From NCBI RefSeq assembly GCF_009914755.1, contig NC_060927.1: a stretch of DNA of 64,000 nucleotides. One strand, 5' to 3'. Below the pieces are notes generated by a model, which had not been told where the DNA came from, did no database searches, and saw nothing but the letters and a program-made list of their open reading frames with translations. Shown here in pieces: positions 61,225 through 64,000 of the stretch. The position numbers and the translations under genes are program-made. The stretch's first letter is position 1. The number at the start of each line of letters is the position of its first letter. This DNA is from the human T2T-CHM13v2.0 reference genome, Homo sapiens.

Positions 61225-64000
61225 AGTTCTTTTTTAATGTTTTTAAAAAATTTTAGATTCGGGAGTTCCTTTGCAGGTTTGTTGCATGGGTATATTACGT
61301 GATGCTTAGGTTTGGGCTTCTAATGTACCTGTCGCCAAAGTAGCATGCATAGTAGCCAATAGTTAGATGTTCAACCCTTGTCCCATTTCCATCCTCCCCG
61401 CTTTTGGAATCTCCAGTGTCTATTGTTCTCATCTTTCTGTTCATGTTTACCCAATGTTTAGCTCCCACTTATAAGTGAGAATATGTGGTATTTGGTTTTC
61501 TGTTTCTGTATTAATTCGCTTAGGATACTGGCCTCCAACTGCATTCATGTTACTGCAAAGGACATGATTTCATTCTTCTTTATGGCTACATAGTATTCCA
61601 TGGTGTATATGTACCACATCATCCAATTCACCATTAATGGGAACCTATACAGATTGCATGACCCTGCTATTGTTAATAATGCTGTGATAAACATTCAAGT
61701 GCGGGTGTCTTTTGGGTTGAACGATTTATTTTCCTTTGGGCATACACCCAGTAATTGGGACTATTTGGTCAAATGGTAATTCTGTTTCTTGTCCTTTGAG
61801 ATTTTCAAGCTACTTTCCACAGTGGCTGAGCTAATTTACATTCTCACCAATGGTGCGTAAGTGTTCCCTTTTCTCTGCAACCTCGCTAACATCTGTTATG
61901 TTTTGATTTTTCAATAAAAGTCATTCTGATGGGTGTGAGATTGTATTTCATTGTGGTTTTTATTTGCATTTATCTAATGATTACTGATTTTGAGCATTTT
62001 TTATAAGTTTATTGGCCATGTTTATGTCTTCCTTTGAGAAACAGACATTTCTCAAAAGAAGTCCTTTGACTTCTTTTTAAAGGTCACCATTTAATGGTTA
62101 TTTGTTTTTTTCTTGTTGATTTATTTAAGTTCCTCATACATTCTGGATATTAGTCCTCTGTTCGATGCATAGTTTCCAAATATTTTCTCCCATTTTATAG
62201 GTTGCCTGTTTACTCTGTTGATAGTTTCTTTTGTGGGGCAGAAGCTCTTTAGTTTAATTAAGTCCCATTTGTCTATTTTTAAATTTTGTTCCATTTCCTT
62301 TTGGGGTTTTCATCATGAATTCTTGGCCTAGGCCAATGCCTAGAAGAGTTTTCCCTAGGTTACTCTCTTAGATTTTTATAGATTTAAGTCTTACTTTTAA
62401 GTCTTTAATTCATCTTGAGTTAATTTTTGTGATGGTGAGAGATAGGGATCAAGTTTCATTCTGCTACATTTGGTTATTCACTTTCCCTTGTACCATTAAT
62501 TGACTAGGATATATTTTCTCTATTGTTTATTTGCTGACTTTGTCAAAGATCAATTAGTTGTAGGTGTGCAGCTTTATTTCGGGGGTCTGTATTCTGTTCC
62601 ATTGGTCTAAGTGTTTATTTTTGTACCAGTACCATGCTGTTTTGGTTACTGTAGCCTTGTAGGATAACTTGAAGCCAGTTAATGTGATGCCTACAGCTTT
62701 ATTCTTTTTGCTTAGGATTGCCGTGGCTATTCAGGCTCTTTTTTGGTTTTATATGAATTTTAGGATAGTTTTTTTCCTAATTCTGTGAAAAATGATGTTG
62801 ATAAATTGGTAGGAACTATGGTAAATTTGTAGATTGCTTTGGGCAGTTAGGAGATTTTAACAATATTGATTCTTACAACCTATGAGCATGGAATGATTTT
62901 CCATTTGTTTGTGTCATCTATGATTTCCTTAAGCAGTGTTTTATAGTTTTCCTCATATAGATCTTTTATCTCCTTTCTTAGATATATTCCTAGGTATCTT
63001 ATTGTTTTCGTGGCCATTATAAATGGAATTGTGTTCTTGATGTCTTTCTCAGCTTGAATGTTATTGGTGGATAGAAATTCTACTACTTTTTGTATGTTGA
63101 TATTGTATTCTGAGAGATTACTGAAGTCATTTATCAGGTCTAAGAGCCTTTTGGCACAGTCTTAAGGGTTTTCTAGGCATAGAATCATATCATCAGTGAA
63201 GAGAAAGAGTTTGACTTCCTCCTTTTCCTACTTGGATGCCTTTTGTTTCTTTCTCTTGCCTGATCACTCTGGCTGGGACTTCCGGATGTGCTGCTGGGTT
63301 CAGTTTGCTAGTATTTTGTTAAGGATTTTTGGGTTTATGTTCATCAGTGACATTGGCCTGTAGTTTAACTTTTTGTTGTTTTCTTGCCAAATTTTGGTAT
63401 CAGAATGACACTAGTTTTGTAAAATGAGTTAGGGAGAAGTCTCTCCTTCTCAATTTTTTGGATTATTTTCAGTAGGGATGGTACCAATTCTTCTATGGAC
63501 ATCTCATAGAATTTGGCTATGAATCTGTCTGGTCCAAGGCTTTTTTTGGTTCATAGATTTTTTAGTACTGCTTCAATTTTATTACTCGTTGATCTGTTCG
63601 GGATTTCTGTTTATTCCTGGTTCAATTTTAAGAGGTTGTGTGTTTCTAGATATTTATCTATTTCCTTTAGATTTTCTTTGTGTACATAGAGATGTTCATA
63701 GTAGTCTCTGAAGACCTTTTATATTTCTTTGTGTGCTTTTTGGGTATTCTTTTTTCTTTGTTAATCAGGCTATCAATCTTGTTTATACTTTTAAAGAAGC
63801 AATTTTTCATTTTATTGATCCTTTGTATGGTCACAATTCCATTTAGTTCTCTTCTGATGGTAGTTATTTCTTTTCTTTTGCTAGCTTTGGGATTAGTTTG
63901 TTCTATTTTTCCAGTTCCTTTAAATGTGAATTTAGGTTGTCAGTTTGAGATATTTCTATATTCTTAATGTAGGCTTTTAGTGCTGTAAACTTTCCTCTTA
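61225..64000 (-). mobile_element. L1PA16-like LINE-1, antisense; 3' UTR and ORF2 3' half, continues beyond the window
   Basis: tgcaggtttgttgcatgggtatattacgtgatgc...ttggaatctccagtgtctattg...gctcccacttataagtgagaat; antisense ORF2 homologous to the 10470-13250 part of the L1PB. Confidence 0.93.

Overview
AT-rich, CpG-poor primate (human-like; contains AluY, AluS and AluJ) genomic DNA that looks intronic or intergenic. I find no credible protein-coding exon, RNA gene, CpG island or prokaryote-type system. The listed ORFs are either decayed retroelement frames (L1 ORF1/ORF2, ERV-L gag/pol, Alu-derived) or short chance ORFs. The main elements are a full-length decayed L1PB (7574-13514, 16-bp TSD), a rearranged ERV-L/HERV-L provirus with MLT2B-type LTRs (26440-32080, 5-bp TSD), an antisense L1PA16-like element running off the right edge, four MaLR solo LTRs, 14 Alus, and many MIR, L2 and hAT-Charlie relics. 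The most unusual structures visible in the sequence are a ~250-bp inverted duplication inside ERV-L gag, an L2-derived 24-bp-stem hairpin, a perfect 54-bp alternating purine-pyrimidine palindrome and a short template-switch inversion in the L1PA16. Repeat family names come from recalled consensus sequences, not a database search, so subfamily calls and boundaries of old repeats are approximate.
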